From positions 54,960 through 118,959 of the forward strand of contig CACGDO010000002.1 of the NCBI GenBank assembly GCA_902571865.1: a DNA stretch of 64,000 nucleotides. The letters are read 5' to 3'. Source of the stretch: an uncultured Alphaproteobacteria bacterium (lineage in GTDB: Bacteria; Pseudomonadota; Alphaproteobacteria; HIMB59; GCA-002718135). Both the position numbers and the translations under genes were made by a program. The notes below the pieces were generated by a model that saw only the letters and a program-made list of their open reading frames with translations, did no database searches and was not told the origin of the DNA. How positions within the stretch are numbered: the first letter of the stretch is position 1; every line of letters starts with the position of its first letter. Shown here one piece after another: positions 21,091 through 31,541 of this stretch.

Positions 21091-21829
21091 TAAATTTAAA
21101 ATTCTAGATGATGGTCTCATAATTAATAAAATTTCAAAAACGTATGGAAATAAAGAAGTAGTTAGAGACATCAGTATATCAATTAATAGAAAGGAAGTAG
21201 TTGGATTATTAGGACCGAATGGAGCGGGAAAAACTACAACATTTTATATAATTGTTGGTTTATTAAAACCGGATCGTGGAAGTATTATATTAGACAAAGT
21301 AGATGTTTCAAACCTGCCAATATATTTAAGAGGAAAACTAGGAATTAGCTATTTACCTCAAGAAGCATCAATTTTTAGAGGTATGAACGTTGAAGATAAT
21401 CTATTGTCAATTATTGAAATTAAAGAAAAAGATAAATTTAAACAAAATATTATTTTAGAAAATCTTTTAAATGAGTTTGATATTAATCATGTAAGAAAAT
21501 CTAAATCAATTGTTCTTTCTGGTGGTGAGAGAAGAAGATTAGAAATTGCAAGAACATTGGCTACAAATCCAAAGTATTTGTTATTAGATGAACCGCTTAC
21601 AGGTATAGACCCAGTTTCTATTGAAGAAATAAAAATGATTATAAAAAAATTGAAAGATAGAAATATTGGAGTTTTAATAACAGATCATAATGTTAGAGAA
21701 ACACTCAAAATTGTAGATAAAGTTTACATAGTCAATGAGGGTGCAATATTTTATGAAGGAGATCCTATATCCGCAACAAATGATGAAAAAATAAAAAAAT
21801 TTTATTTAGGTTCTAATTTTAAACTTTGA
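21083..21829 (+). CDS. lptB: LPS export ABC transporter ATP-binding protein LptB
   Basis: 248 aa. Walker A GLLGPNGAGKTT, signature LSGGERRRLEIAR and Walker B LLLDEP. Confidence 0.92.
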   Translation: MNNKFKILDDGLIINKISKTYGNKEVVRDISISINRKEVVGLLGPNGAGKTTTFYIIVGLLKPDRGSIILDKVDVSNLPIYLRGKLGISYLPQEASIFRGMNVEDNLLSIIEIKEKDKFKQNIILENLLNEFDINHVRKSKSIVLSGGERRRLEIARTLATNPKYLLLDEPLTGIDPVSIEEIKMIIKKLKDRNIGVLITDHNVRETLKIVDKVYIVNEGAIFYEGDPISATNDEKIKKFYLGSNFKL

Positions 21830-21830
21830 T

Positions 21831-23129
21831 ATGATCAGCAACCCTATAAGTAATGGTATAGTAGGAGAAGTAAATATACCTGGAGATAAATCAATATCAC
21901 ATAGATCAATTATAATACCTTCTATTTCAAATGGAATTTGCGAAATAACAAATATATTAAAATCAGATGATGTAATGCATACTCTTAATGCATTTCGAAA
22001 GATGGGAGTTAAAATTGAAGAAAATGATAAAAAAATAATTATTTATGGGCATGGTTTAAATTCTCTTAAGAAACCAGAAGAAGATCTCTACCTTGGAAAC
22101 TCTGGAACAAGTGCAAGATTATTAACAGGACTTTTATCATCGCAGAAATTTGATTCAATTTTAACTGGAGATAAATCTTTATCTAAAAGACCAATGGAAA
22201 GAATATCTGAGCCTTTAAAAAAATTGAACGGAAAAATTGAAACATCAAATGGTACTATGCCTCTTTTTATAAAAGGATCTAATTTAATTGCTAATAATAT
22301 AGATTTAAAAATTCCTTCGGCACAAATAAAATCTGGAATTTTACTAGCAAGTTTAAATGCTACGGGTCAAACAAAAATTATAGAAAATAAAATTACTAGA
22401 GATCATACAGAAACAATGTTAAAATCTTTTGGAGCCAATATTGACATTCAAATAGTAGAAAATAAAAAACAATTAAAAATAACCGGACAAAAAGAATTGG
22501 TATCTAAAAATATTAATGTACCAAATGACCTTTCAAGTAGTGCCTTCTTTATAGTCTCAGCTTTAATTAACAAAAATTCACATATAAAGCTAAAAAATAT
22601 TAATAATAACCCTACAAGAAATGGCATAGTTTTAGCGCTAAAGAAAATGGGTGCAAAACTAGTTTTCTCAAATGAAAGAGAAAATAATAATGAGAAAATT
22701 TGTGATATTGAAGTAGCTAGTTCAGATTTACATGGATGTGAACTTGGGCCAGAATTTGCAGATTTAATGATAGACGAATATCCAATTTTATCAATTGCTG
22801 CTTCTTTTGCTAGTTCTCCAAGTATATTTCGTGGGTTAAAAGAGTTAAGAGTAAAAGAAAGTGATAGGCTAAAGCTTATATTAACTAATCTCACAAATTG
22901 TGGGGTTAAATGTAAAAATGAAAATGATGACCTAATTATTTATCCATCAGATAAATACCACATAAAAAAAAATATAATTCAAACTGATTTTGATCATAGA
23001 ATAGCAATGGCATTTGCGGTTATGGGAACTAAGATAGGACCTCTTTCGATAAATGACTCTGAATCAATAAGCACCAGTTTTCCAAATTTTAAAAATGAAA
23101 TAAATAGATTAGGTGGAAATATTTCTTGA
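21831..23129 (+). CDS. aroA: 3-phosphoshikimate 1-carboxyvinyltransferase (EPSP synthase)
   Basis: 432 aa. PGDKSISHR and LGNSGTSARLL motifs. aroA-cmk-rpsA order. Confidence 0.93.
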   Translation: MISNPISNGIVGEVNIPGDKSISHRSIIIPSISNGICEITNILKSDDVMHTLNAFRKMGVKIEENDKKIIIYGHGLNSLKKPEEDLYLGNSGTSARLLTGLLSSQKFDSILTGDKSLSKRPMERISEPLKKLNGKIETSNGTMPLFIKGSNLIANNIDLKIPSAQIKSGILLASLNATGQTKIIENKITRDHTETMLKSFGANIDIQIVENKKQLKITGQKELVSKNINVPNDLSSSAFFIVSALINKNSHIKLKNINNNPTRNGIVLALKKMGAKLVFSNERENNNEKICDIEVASSDLHGCELGPEFADLMIDEYPILSIAASFASSPSIFRGLKELRVKESDRLKLILTNLTNCGVKCKNENDDLIIYPSDKYHIKKNIIQTDFDHRIAMAFAVMGTKIGPLSINDSESISTSFPNFKNEINRLGGNIS

Positions 23130-23767
23130 GAAATAAAATTATAGCTGTTGATGGTCCTGCTGCATCAGGAAAAGAAAAAATTTCTAAATACATAAGTAAG
23201 AAATGGAAGCTAAAACATTTGGATTCAGGAATACTTTATAGACGTTTAGCTCTAATTTTCCTAAATGAAAAAATTGATATTAAAAATTTAAACAATATTA
23301 ATAAAAAAATAAGTGAAATAGCCACAATTTCATACCAAAATAGTAAAAAATTAAGAACCCAAGAGGTGAGTAAATTAGCTTCGGAAATTGCTATATATAA
23401 TACTGTAAGACTTTATATTAATAGATTGCAACATGATTTTGTTAAAAAAAATAAAAATTATCAAGGTTTTGTAATTGATGGAAGAGATATAGGTTCAGTT
23501 GTTTTTAAAAAAGCAGATTTAAAACTGTATATTCATGTAAAACCTGAAATAAGAGCAAAAAGAAGATATAAACAGTTGATTGATAGTGGTGAAAAGTCTA
23601 TATACCCAAAAATTTTGAAGGATATAAAATTGAGAGATAACAGAGACAAACTAAGAAAACACTCACCGTTAGTTATTCCTAAAGATGCATATTTAATTGA
23701 TAATAATGGTACTTTTTTAGAAACAACAATGCAAATTGATAAATTAATCCTTAATAAGTACTTATGA
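23126..23767 (+). CDS. cmk: cytidylate kinase
   Basis: 213 aa with a TTG start overlapping the aroA stop. P-loop IAVDGPAASGK. Confidence 0.85.
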   Translation: MRNKIIAVDGPAASGKEKISKYISKKWKLKHLDSGILYRRLALIFLNEKIDIKNLNNINKKISEIATISYQNSKKLRTQEVSKLASEIAIYNTVRLYINRLQHDFVKKNKNYQGFVIDGRDIGSVVFKKADLKLYIHVKPEIRAKRRYKQLIDSGEKSIYPKILKDIKLRDNRDKLRKHSPLVIPKDAYLIDNNGTFLETTMQIDKLILNKYL

Positions 23768-25464
23768 ATCAAACAACTATTAATAAAATTTCTAATTCAG
23801 AGTATGACACACTAATTAGTAACACTTTAAAAAACTCATCGGCAAAAGAAAAAAGTATTTCTATAGGAAAGATAATATCAATTGAAAACGACATTGTTAC
23901 TATAGATGTTGGTTTAAAAAGTGAAGGCCGCGTTCCTTTAAGTGAATTTTCAAGACCTGGTCAGAAGTTTGAAATAAATGTGGGAGATGAAACTGAAGTA
24001 TTTATTGAAAATGTAGATAGTGCTAATGGTGAAACTATTCTTTCGAGGGAAAAAGCTGTTAAACAAAAAGCGTGGCAAAATTTACAAACGAGCTTTAATG
24101 AAAACAAAGTTGTTACTGGAATTCCTTTTAATAGAGTAAAAGGTGGAATGAGTGTAGATTTAGATGGAGTTGTTGCATTTCTTCCTGGGAGTCAAATAGA
24201 AACAAGGCAAATTATAAAAGATACTAAAGAATTATTAAACAAACCACTTGAGTTAATGATACTTAAAATGGATAAATATAGAGGTAATATAGTTGTTTCA
24301 AGAAAAGCAATTACGGAAAATGAACTTAAAGAACAAAGAACTGAGCTTCTTAAAAATATAAAAGAAGGTTCAATTATAGAAGGTAAAGTAAAAAATATTA
24401 CTGATTACGGCGCATTTATTGATCTTGGAGGTATAGACGGTTTAGTTCATGTTACAGACATTGCTTGGACAAAAATAAATAACCCTTCTGATATTCTTGA
24501 ACTTAATTCTACAGTACAAGTAAAAGTCCTAAAATTTGATGAAGAACTAGCAAGATTAAGCCTTGGAATAAAGCAACTTACAGATAACCCTTGGGATAAA
24601 GTAAATGATAATATTAAAGTTAATGAGAGAATAATAAGTAAAATTGTAAGTATGAATGATAATAACGTTCATATTATTATAAATGACCAATTTGACGGTA
24701 TTATAAATTTAAACGAACTTAGTTGGTTAAAAAAACCTCCTCATCCATCTAAAATTGTTAATGTTGGAGATGAAGTTGAGGTTTTAATTCTAGAAATTGA
24801 TGATGATAAAAAAAGAATAAATTGTAGCTTAAAGCAAATGAAAGAAAACCCTTGGCATAAGTTGAAAGATACCTTTGCCATTAACGACACATTTGAAACA
24901 GAGATTGTTAATGTTGTAGATTTCGGTATTTTCGTAAAAGTACTTGATGAAATAGACGGAATGGTTCACATATCTGACCTAAGTTGGGACGAAAAAGAAT
25001 GTGAGACTATTATTAAAGGGTTAAAAAAAGGTGAAAAAGTAAAAGTTAAAATACTTGATATTAATGCTGATAAAGAAAGAATTAGTTTAGGGATTAAACA
25101 CTTAAATAATGATCCAGTACAAGAGTATATTGAAGCCAACCCAATGAATACCAAAGTAACAGGAAAAATCATTAACATTGATGAAAAGGGTTTGAAAGTT
25201 GAACTTGACAAAGAGAAACAAATATTTGGGTTTGTTAAAAAATCAAATCTGTCTAATGATAAGAACGAAAATAGAACTGAAAGATTTGCATTAGATGAAA
25301 ATATTGATTCAATAATCACTTCAATTGACTCAAAAAATAGAACGTTGAATCTTTCAATTAAAGAATTAGAAATAAGAGATGAAAAGGAAGCTCTAAGTAA
25401 GTATGGATCTAGCACATCTGGTGCTTCTTTAGGAGATATTTTAGGTTCGGTTCTAAAAAAATAG
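23764..25464 (+). CDS. rpsA: 30S ribosomal protein S1
   Basis: 566 aa with six S1 (OB) repeats, for example GKVKNITDYGAFIDLGGIDGLVHVTDI. Confidence 0.95.
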   Translation: MNQTTINKISNSEYDTLISNTLKNSSAKEKSISIGKIISIENDIVTIDVGLKSEGRVPLSEFSRPGQKFEINVGDETEVFIENVDSANGETILSREKAVKQKAWQNLQTSFNENKVVTGIPFNRVKGGMSVDLDGVVAFLPGSQIETRQIIKDTKELLNKPLELMILKMDKYRGNIVVSRKAITENELKEQRTELLKNIKEGSIIEGKVKNITDYGAFIDLGGIDGLVHVTDIAWTKINNPSDILELNSTVQVKVLKFDEELARLSLGIKQLTDNPWDKVNDNIKVNERIISKIVSMNDNNVHIIINDQFDGIINLNELSWLKKPPHPSKIVNVGDEVEVLILEIDDDKKRINCSLKQMKENPWHKLKDTFAINDTFETEIVNVVDFGIFVKVLDEIDGMVHISDLSWDEKECETIIKGLKKGEKVKVKILDINADKERISLGIKHLNNDPVQEYIEANPMNTKVTGKIINIDEKGLKVELDKEKQIFGFVKKSNLSNDKNENRTERFALDENIDSIITSIDSKNRTLNLSIKELEIRDEKEALSKYGSSTSGASLGDILGSVLKK

Positions 25465-25469
25465 GATTG

Positions 25470-25778
25470 ATGTTAAAATCACAAATCCTAGAAAAATTAC
25501 ATAAAAAACACAACAATCTAAGTTTTGAAGATATTGAAATACTATTCGATATTTTCGTAAAAAAAATTTCGAAGTCATTAAAAAATGGGCAAAATATTGA
25601 GATTAGAGGTTTTGGTACAATGAGTAGAAAAATTAATAAAGAAAAATTTGTAAGAAATCCAAAAACAAACCAAAAACTTTTTAAAAATCAAAGTTACAAG
25701 TTACATTTCAAAATTGGAAAAATTTTACATGAAAGAATAAATGAACCAATTTTTTTAAAAAGAGAAGATGATATCTAA
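25470..25778 (+). CDS. ihfB: integration host factor beta subunit (HU/IHF family)
   Basis: About 102 aa. IEIRGFGT and RNPKTNQ arm motifs. It lies downstream of rpsA as in other alphaproteobacteria. I placed the start at the ATG at 25470; the ORF track begins at TTG 25467. Confidence 0.75.
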   Translation: MLKSQILEKLHKKHNNLSFEDIEILFDIFVKKISKSLKNGQNIEIRGFGTMSRKINKEKFVRNPKTNQKLFKNQSYKLHFKIGKILHERINEPIFLKREDDI

Positions 25779-26451
25779 TAAGGTAATTGTTGCTCTCGAC
25801 AATAATAATATTGTTAAAACAATAAAATTAGTAAAAGAACTTCGAAAAGATGTTTATGCTTTTAAAATAGGATATCAATTTTTTTTTAATTTTGGATTAA
25901 ATGGATATAAGAAAATTTATAAAATCTGCCCTAATATTTTCCTTGATTTAAAATTACATGATATTCCAAATACTGTTAAAAATGGTTTAAATGCACTTGC
26001 TAAAATTAAACCTTTATTAACAACAATACATATTTCCGGAGGTGATGAGATGATGTTATCTTCTAAATCTAAAAATAAATTTACTAAAATATTAGGAGTT
26101 TCAATTTTAACAAGTTTGGATTCAAGACAAACAAAAAAATACTATAACGAAAAAAAAGTCTCGGTTTTGGTAAAAAAATTTGCAAGATCAGCAATTAAAA
26201 ATAATTTAGATGGTATTGTTTGTAGTCCAAAAGAGATAAAAGATATAAGAAAAGAAACTGGAAAAAATTTTATTATTGTAACTCCAGGCATAAGAATAGA
26301 TAATAAAATAAAAGAAGATGATCAAAAAAGAGTTGAAACTCCAAAAAGAGCAATTGAAATGGGTGCTAATTACCTAGTTATAGGAAGGCCGATCACTGAA
26401 GCGGAAGCTCCGCTAAAAGTTTTAAGAGAAATTAATAGAACAATAGCTTAG
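25768..26451 (+). CDS. pyrF: orotidine-5'-phosphate decarboxylase
   Basis: 227 aa. DLKLHDIPNT active-site motif and C-terminal VIGRPI. Confidence 0.9.
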   Translation: MISNKVIVALDNNNIVKTIKLVKELRKDVYAFKIGYQFFFNFGLNGYKKIYKICPNIFLDLKLHDIPNTVKNGLNALAKIKPLLTTIHISGGDEMMLSSKSKNKFTKILGVSILTSLDSRQTKKYYNEKKVSVLVKKFARSAIKNNLDGIVCSPKEIKDIRKETGKNFIIVTPGIRIDNKIKEDDQKRVETPKRAIEMGANYLVIGRPITEAEAPLKVLREINRTIA

Positions 26452-26453
26452 AA

Positions 26454-27083
26454 ATGCTAACTAAAATTTGTGGAATAAAAAATGAAGATACATTAGTTTG
26501 CTGTGAAAATAATAAGGTGAATTTCTTTGGAATGATCTTTTATCCAAAAAGCCCTAGGAATATTTCATTTGAAAATGCAAGTATTCTTCAAAAAAAATCT
26601 GAAAGTTTAAATATTAAAGGTGTTGGTGTTTTTGTAAATAAAAATATTAATCAGTTGGAGGAATTAGTAACAAATTTAAAATTAAGATTTATTCAATTAC
26701 ATGGATCAGAAGATGAAGAATATATTAAATCTTTAAAAAAGAATGATGTTAAAATAATTAAATCAATTTCAATTAGTAATAAAGATGACACAAAAGAAAT
26801 TAAAAAATATAAAAGTGCAGATTATTTTTTGTTTGATTATAAACCATTGAAAGGAGAATTGCCTGGTGGAAATTCAAAAAGTTTTGATTGGAATTTATTG
26901 AAAAATCTTGAAACTGATAAACCATGGTTTTTGTCTGGAGGAATTAATATTAATAACATTAATCAAATTCTTAATGATATAAATCCATTTGGTATAGATT
27001 TGTCCTCTGGAGTAGAAAAAGAGCTTGGCATTAAAGATAATGGCATTATAAATAATTTTATGGGAAAATTACAAGATGCTTAA
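26454..27083 (+). CDS. trpF: phosphoribosylanthranilate isomerase
   Basis: 209 aa. N-terminus KICGI and FIQLHGSE. trpF-trpB-trpA order. Confidence 0.88.
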   Translation: MLTKICGIKNEDTLVCCENNKVNFFGMIFYPKSPRNISFENASILQKKSESLNIKGVGVFVNKNINQLEELVTNLKLRFIQLHGSEDEEYIKSLKKNDVKIIKSISISNKDDTKEIKKYKSADYFLFDYKPLKGELPGGNSKSFDWNLLKNLETDKPWFLSGGININNINQILNDINPFGIDLSSGVEKELGIKDNGIINNFMGKLQDA

Positions 27084-28284
27084 GAATACATACAAAAATT
27101 ATCCAAATGATAAAGGGTATTTTGGTCAGTTTGGTGGAAGATACGTTTCAGAAACTTTAATGCCATTAATTCTTGAAGTAGAAAAAGAATATGAAAAAAT
27201 AAAAAATGATAAAGAATTTATAAATGAATTTAACCATTATTTAAAAACCTATGTTGGTAGACCAAGTCCATTATTTTTTGCAGAAAGAATCAGTAATGAT
27301 CTTGGCGGTCCAAAAATTTATTTCAAAAGAGATGAACTTAACCATACAGGTGCTCATAAAATTAATAACTGTATGGGCCAAATTCTATTGGCAAAAAAAA
27401 TGGGCAAATCAAGAATTATTGCTGAAACAGGAGCAGGGCAACACGGTGTTGCAACAGCAACAGTATGTGCTTTATTTGGCCTACCTTGCATAGTTTATAT
27501 GGGTGAAAAAGATATTGAAAGACAATCACCTAATGTTTTTAGAATGAAACTTCTTGGAGCAGAAATAAGATCTGTTTCAACAGGTTCGAAATCACTTAAA
27601 GATGCGATGAATGAAGCCCTTAGAGATTGGGTAACAAATGTTAAAGATACTTTCTACATAATTGGAACTGCCGCAGGACCGCATCCTTACCCAGCAATGG
27701 TTAGAGATTTTCAATCTGTAATAGGAAAAGAGGTTCGAGAACAACTAAATAAAGTAGAGGGAAAATCACCAGATTTATTGATAGCCTGTATTGGTGGTGG
27801 CTCGAATGCTTTGGGACTTTTTCATGAATTTTTAGATGATCCAGATGTCGAAATGATTGCTGTTGAAGCAGCAGGTCATGGTATTAATACTAATATGCAT
27901 GCAGCAAGTTTGACTGGTGGTAAGCCAGGAGTATTGCATGGTAATAAGACATACTTATTACAATCGAACACTGGGCAAATTCAGGAAGCTCATTCCATTT
28001 CTGCTGGTTTAGATTATCCAGGGATTGGTCCAGAACATTCATTTTTATTTGAAGAAAAAAGAGTGAAATATATGTCAGCAACAGACAAAGAGGCTTTAGA
28101 AGCATTTAAGTATTGTTGCAAATTAGAAGGTATAATTCCAGCTTTAGAACCTGCCCATGCATTAGCAGCATTAAAGAAAATAGCCAAGAATTATAGTAAA
28201 GATAAAGTTATTGTAATGAATATGTGTGGTAGAGGAGATAAAGATATTTTTACAATAGCTGATGAATTAAAAATAAAAATTTAA
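27076..28284 (+). CDS. trpB: tryptophan synthase beta chain
   Basis: 402 aa. PLP-lysine motif [11 protein letters not shown] and GGGSNA. Confidence 0.96.
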   Translation: MLKNTYKNYPNDKGYFGQFGGRYVSETLMPLILEVEKEYEKIKNDKEFINEFNHYLKTYVGRPSPLFFAERISNDLGGPKIYFKRDELNHTGAHKINNCMGQILLAKKMGKSRIIAETGAGQHGVATATVCALFGLPCIVYMGEKDIERQSPNVFRMKLLGAEIRSVSTGSKSLKDAMNEALRDWVTNVKDTFYIIGTAAGPHPYPAMVRDFQSVIGKEVREQLNKVEGKSPDLLIACIGGGSNALGLFHEFLDDPDVEMIAVEAAGHGINTNMHAASLTGGKPGVLHGNKTYLLQSNTGQIQEAHSISAGLDYPGIGPEHSFLFEEKRVKYMSATDKEALEAFKYCCKLEGIIPALEPAHALAALKKIAKNYSKDKVIVMNMCGRGDKDIFTIADELKIKI

Positions 28285-29078
28285 TGTCTAATTTAATTAG
28301 TCAGGCATTTAAAAATAAGAAAAAAAAATTAGTAACATTCGTTACTGGAGGTGACCCTGATCTAAGCACTAGTTTAGAAATAATAAGAACAATTATTAAT
28401 AACGGAGCAGATATAATTGAAATTGGAATGCCTTTCTCTGATCCAATGGCTGATGGTCCAACAATTCAATTATCAAGTAATAGAGCTATAAGCAAAGGAA
28501 TTAATTTAGAAAATATATTTACTTTATCTTCAGAGGCAAAGAAAATTAAAGATGATTTACCTGTTATTCTAATGGGTTACTATAACCTAATTCTACATTT
28601 TGGAATTGAGCAGTTTGTAAAAAAATGTAAAGAAAATGGTGTTGATGGTTTAATAATAGTGGATTTACAGCCTGAAGAAGATGAAGATTTGATCAACGAG
28701 CTTAATCATCACAATATTGATCTGATAAGATTGATTACACCAACAACTGATGAAGATAGGCTTAAGCTGATACTAAAAAATGCTAGTGGTTTTTTGTACT
28801 ATGTTAGTGTTATGGGTATTACAGGACAGAAATCAGCTGATCTAAGTGAACTTGAAAAATCAGTGAAATTTATAAAAAAATTTACTAATTTGCCTGTTGT
28901 TCCTGGATTTGGAATTAAAAATTCAACTGACGTTAGTAATATATGTAGAGTAGCAGATGGTGCAATTGTTGGCTCAAGTATAATAAAAATTATCGAAGAG
29001 AATTTAAATGACAAAGATAAAATGTTATCAGAGATTGGTAAATTTTCAAAAGATTTAAAAAATGGAACGATTGTATGA
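28284..29078 (+). CDS. trpA: tryptophan synthase alpha chain
   Basis: 264 aa. EIGMPFSDPMADGPTIQ motif. Confidence 0.93.
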   Translation: MSNLISQAFKNKKKKLVTFVTGGDPDLSTSLEIIRTIINNGADIIEIGMPFSDPMADGPTIQLSSNRAISKGINLENIFTLSSEAKKIKDDLPVILMGYYNLILHFGIEQFVKKCKENGVDGLIIVDLQPEEDEDLINELNHHNIDLIRLITPTTDEDRLKLILKNASGFLYYVSVMGITGQKSADLSELEKSVKFIKKFTNLPVVPGFGIKNSTDVSNICRVADGAIVGSSIIKIIEENLNDKDKMLSEIGKFSKDLKNGTIV

Positions 29079-29917
29079 ATTGGCTAACAAATTTTGTTAA
29101 ACCCAAACTATCTTCACTAGTAAAAAGAAGAGATATCCCTGAAAAATTATGGAATAACTGTGTATCCTGTGGGAATATGATTCATCACAAAGATTTAAAA
29201 GAAAATCTGTATGTTTGTATTAATTGTAATTATCATTTTAGGATGTCAGCAGAAAATAGAATAAAATTTTTTTTTGAAGATGGTGATTTTAGTGAAATTA
29301 GTCTTGATAAAATTTCTGATGATCCACTAAAATTTTCTGATAAAAAAAAATATAAAGATCGATTAAAAGAATATAGAAAAAAAACAAAAAGGGATGATGC
29401 TTTCATACTTATTAGAGGTAAAATCAAAGATAAAGAAATAATATCTGGACTTATGAATTTTGAATTTATGGGTGGCTCTATGGGAAGAGCGGTAGGTGGA
29501 GCAATAGTTAAAGGAGCTAAAATTGCTGTAGAAAATAAATTACCTTATATAATTGTTACTTCATCTGGTGGAGCAAGAATGCAGGAAGGAATAGTAAGCT
29601 TAATGCAAATGCCTAGAACAATTGCTGCTGTTGATTTGTTAAATGAAAATAATATACCTTACATAGTAGTTCTTACTGAACCTACTACTGGTGGAGTGAC
29701 AGCTTCTTTTGCAATGTTAGGTGATATAACAATAGCAGAACAAGGTGCTACAATTGGTTTTGCGGGTAAAAGAGTTATACAAGATACCATCAGAGAAGAA
29801 TTACCTATAGATTTTCAAAAAGCTGAATATCTAAAAGATCATGGAATGGTAGATATTGTTTCTCACAGGAAAGACCTTAAAGAAACTTTATACAAAGTAT
29901 TAGATCACATAAGTTAA
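29075..29917 (+). CDS. accD: acetyl-CoA carboxylase carboxyltransferase beta subunit
   Basis: 280 aa. Intact N-terminal Cys4 zinc ribbon CVSCGNMIHHKDLKENLYVCINCNYH followed by the carboxyltransferase domain. Confidence 0.93.
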   Translation: MNWLTNFVKPKLSSLVKRRDIPEKLWNNCVSCGNMIHHKDLKENLYVCINCNYHFRMSAENRIKFFFEDGDFSEISLDKISDDPLKFSDKKKYKDRLKEYRKKTKRDDAFILIRGKIKDKEIISGLMNFEFMGGSMGRAVGGAIVKGAKIAVENKLPYIIVTSSGGARMQEGIVSLMQMPRTIAAVDLLNENNIPYIVVLTEPTTGGVTASFAMLGDITIAEQGATIGFAGKRVIQDTIREELPIDFQKAEYLKDHGMVDIVSHRKDLKETLYKVLDHIS

Positions 29918-29920
29918 TAA

Positions 29921-31180
29921 GTGAAATCTAAAACAGAAAAGTTGTTAGATGAACTTGTCACACTTCATCCTAAATATATTGATCTTTCATTAGACAGATT
30001 AAAAGTATTATTAAAAAAATTGGGTGATCCTCAAAATTATCTACCAAAAACAATTCATATTGCAGGAACAAATGGAAAAGGTTCAGTACAAAGTTTTATA
30101 AGAAATATTTTAGTTAAAAATGGGTATAAATGTGATGCATATATCTCCCCTCATTTATCTAGATTTAATGAAAGAATTATCCTAAATAATAAGGAAGTAA
30201 GCACAAAGAAACTTTACGATACTTTAAAATTTGTAAAAAAAATAAATAATAATAGACCAATAACTTTTTTTGAAATTACAACTGCCGCAGCTTTCATATT
30301 ATTTAAACAGTCAAAATCTGACTTCCTTATTTTAGAAACAGGTTTAGGAGGTAGATTAGATGCAACTAATATAATTCCAAAAAAGATTTGTAGTATTTTG
30401 ACTCCGATCGGTTTTGATCATGAGGAATTTTTAGGAAAAACTCTTAAAAAAATTGCTAATGAAAAATTAGGCATTGTAAAGAATTGTGGTTTTGTTTTAG
30501 TTGGCAAACAAAAAAAAGAGTTAAGAAGTTATATTAAAAAAAAATTAAATAATTTTGAAAATAAATATTTTTATGGAAAAGAATATCACGTTACAAAATC
30601 ATTGAAAAATAAGTTTGAGATAATAATGGATAGAAAAAAGTTTTTGTATTCTCAACCCTCATTGAATGGAAAACATCAGGAAGAAAATGCATCAATATCT
30701 ATATATTTTGCAAAAGTTATGAAAAATATGGGGTATAATTTGAATACAAAACAAATTAATTTAGCTATAAAAAAAACACTTTGGCCAGGAAGATTAGAAA
30801 TAATTAATTACAAAAATAATAAGATAATTCTTGATGGATCTCATAATATTGATGGGGCAGAAAAACTAAATATTTTTTTAAAAACTAAAAAAATAAAACC
30901 TATAGTTTTATTCGGAATGTTGAATAATAAAAAAGCACGTTTATTTTTAGGAAAAATAAAAAAAAGAATATCAAAAGTTTTAGCTATAAAAATTCCAGAA
31001 GAAAAAAATTCATTTGAAACAAAAAAAATTAATGAAGTATGTGATATACATTCTATAAAATGTGAGCAAATAGATAATATAAATGATGCTTTAAAATATT
31101 TTAGAGCTAATCAACAAAAAATATATTTAGTTACTGGTTCTTTGTATCTGATAGGAAAAATTAGAAGAAAATTACTCTAA
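29921..31180 (+). CDS. folC: bifunctional folylpolyglutamate synthase / dihydrofolate synthase
   Basis: 419 aa with a GTG start. Mur-ligase P-loop HIAGTNGKGS. Confidence 0.88.
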   Translation: MKSKTEKLLDELVTLHPKYIDLSLDRLKVLLKKLGDPQNYLPKTIHIAGTNGKGSVQSFIRNILVKNGYKCDAYISPHLSRFNERIILNNKEVSTKKLYDTLKFVKKINNNRPITFFEITTAAAFILFKQSKSDFLILETGLGGRLDATNIIPKKICSILTPIGFDHEEFLGKTLKKIANEKLGIVKNCGFVLVGKQKKELRSYIKKKLNNFENKYFYGKEYHVTKSLKNKFEIIMDRKKFLYSQPSLNGKHQEENASISIYFAKVMKNMGYNLNTKQINLAIKKTLWPGRLEIINYKNNKIILDGSHNIDGAEKLNIFLKTKKIKPIVLFGMLNNKKARLFLGKIKKRISKVLAIKIPEEKNSFETKKINEVCDIHSIKCEQIDNINDALKYFRANQQKIYLVTGSLYLIGKIRRKLL

Positions 31181-31495
31181 ATTAGATTGTATCCAAGTTT
31201 CTAAAGCTGTCTTTGGAAGACTACCAACTTTAGTATCCACTAACTCACCTTTTTTAAAAATCATTATCGTTGGAATTCCTCTTATACCATATTTTTGTGG
31301 AGTCATGGGATTTTCATCAATATTCATTTTATATATTTTAACTTTATCTTTGTTCTCTTCAGCAATTTCTTCTAAAATTGGATCGAGTACTTTGCATGGG
31401 CCACACCATTCTGCGCCAAAATCAACTACCACTGGCACATCATTAGTAGAGATATCTTTATCGAAAGTTTGATCGTTTGTTACATGAGTAGTCAT
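31172..31495 (-). CDS. trxA: thioredoxin
   Basis: 107 aa with the WCGPC active site. The 3' end overlaps convergent folC by 9 nt. Confidence 0.93.
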   Translation of the reverse strand: MTTHVTNDQTFDKDISTNDVPVVVDFGAEWCGPCKVLDPILEEIAEENKDKVKIYKMNIDENPMTPQKYGIRGIPTIMIFKKGELVDTKVGSLPKTALETWIQSNLE

Positions 31496-31541
31496 GATTT
31501 ATATTTAAGAAATATTTATCTATTATCAAGCTAAATTAAAT

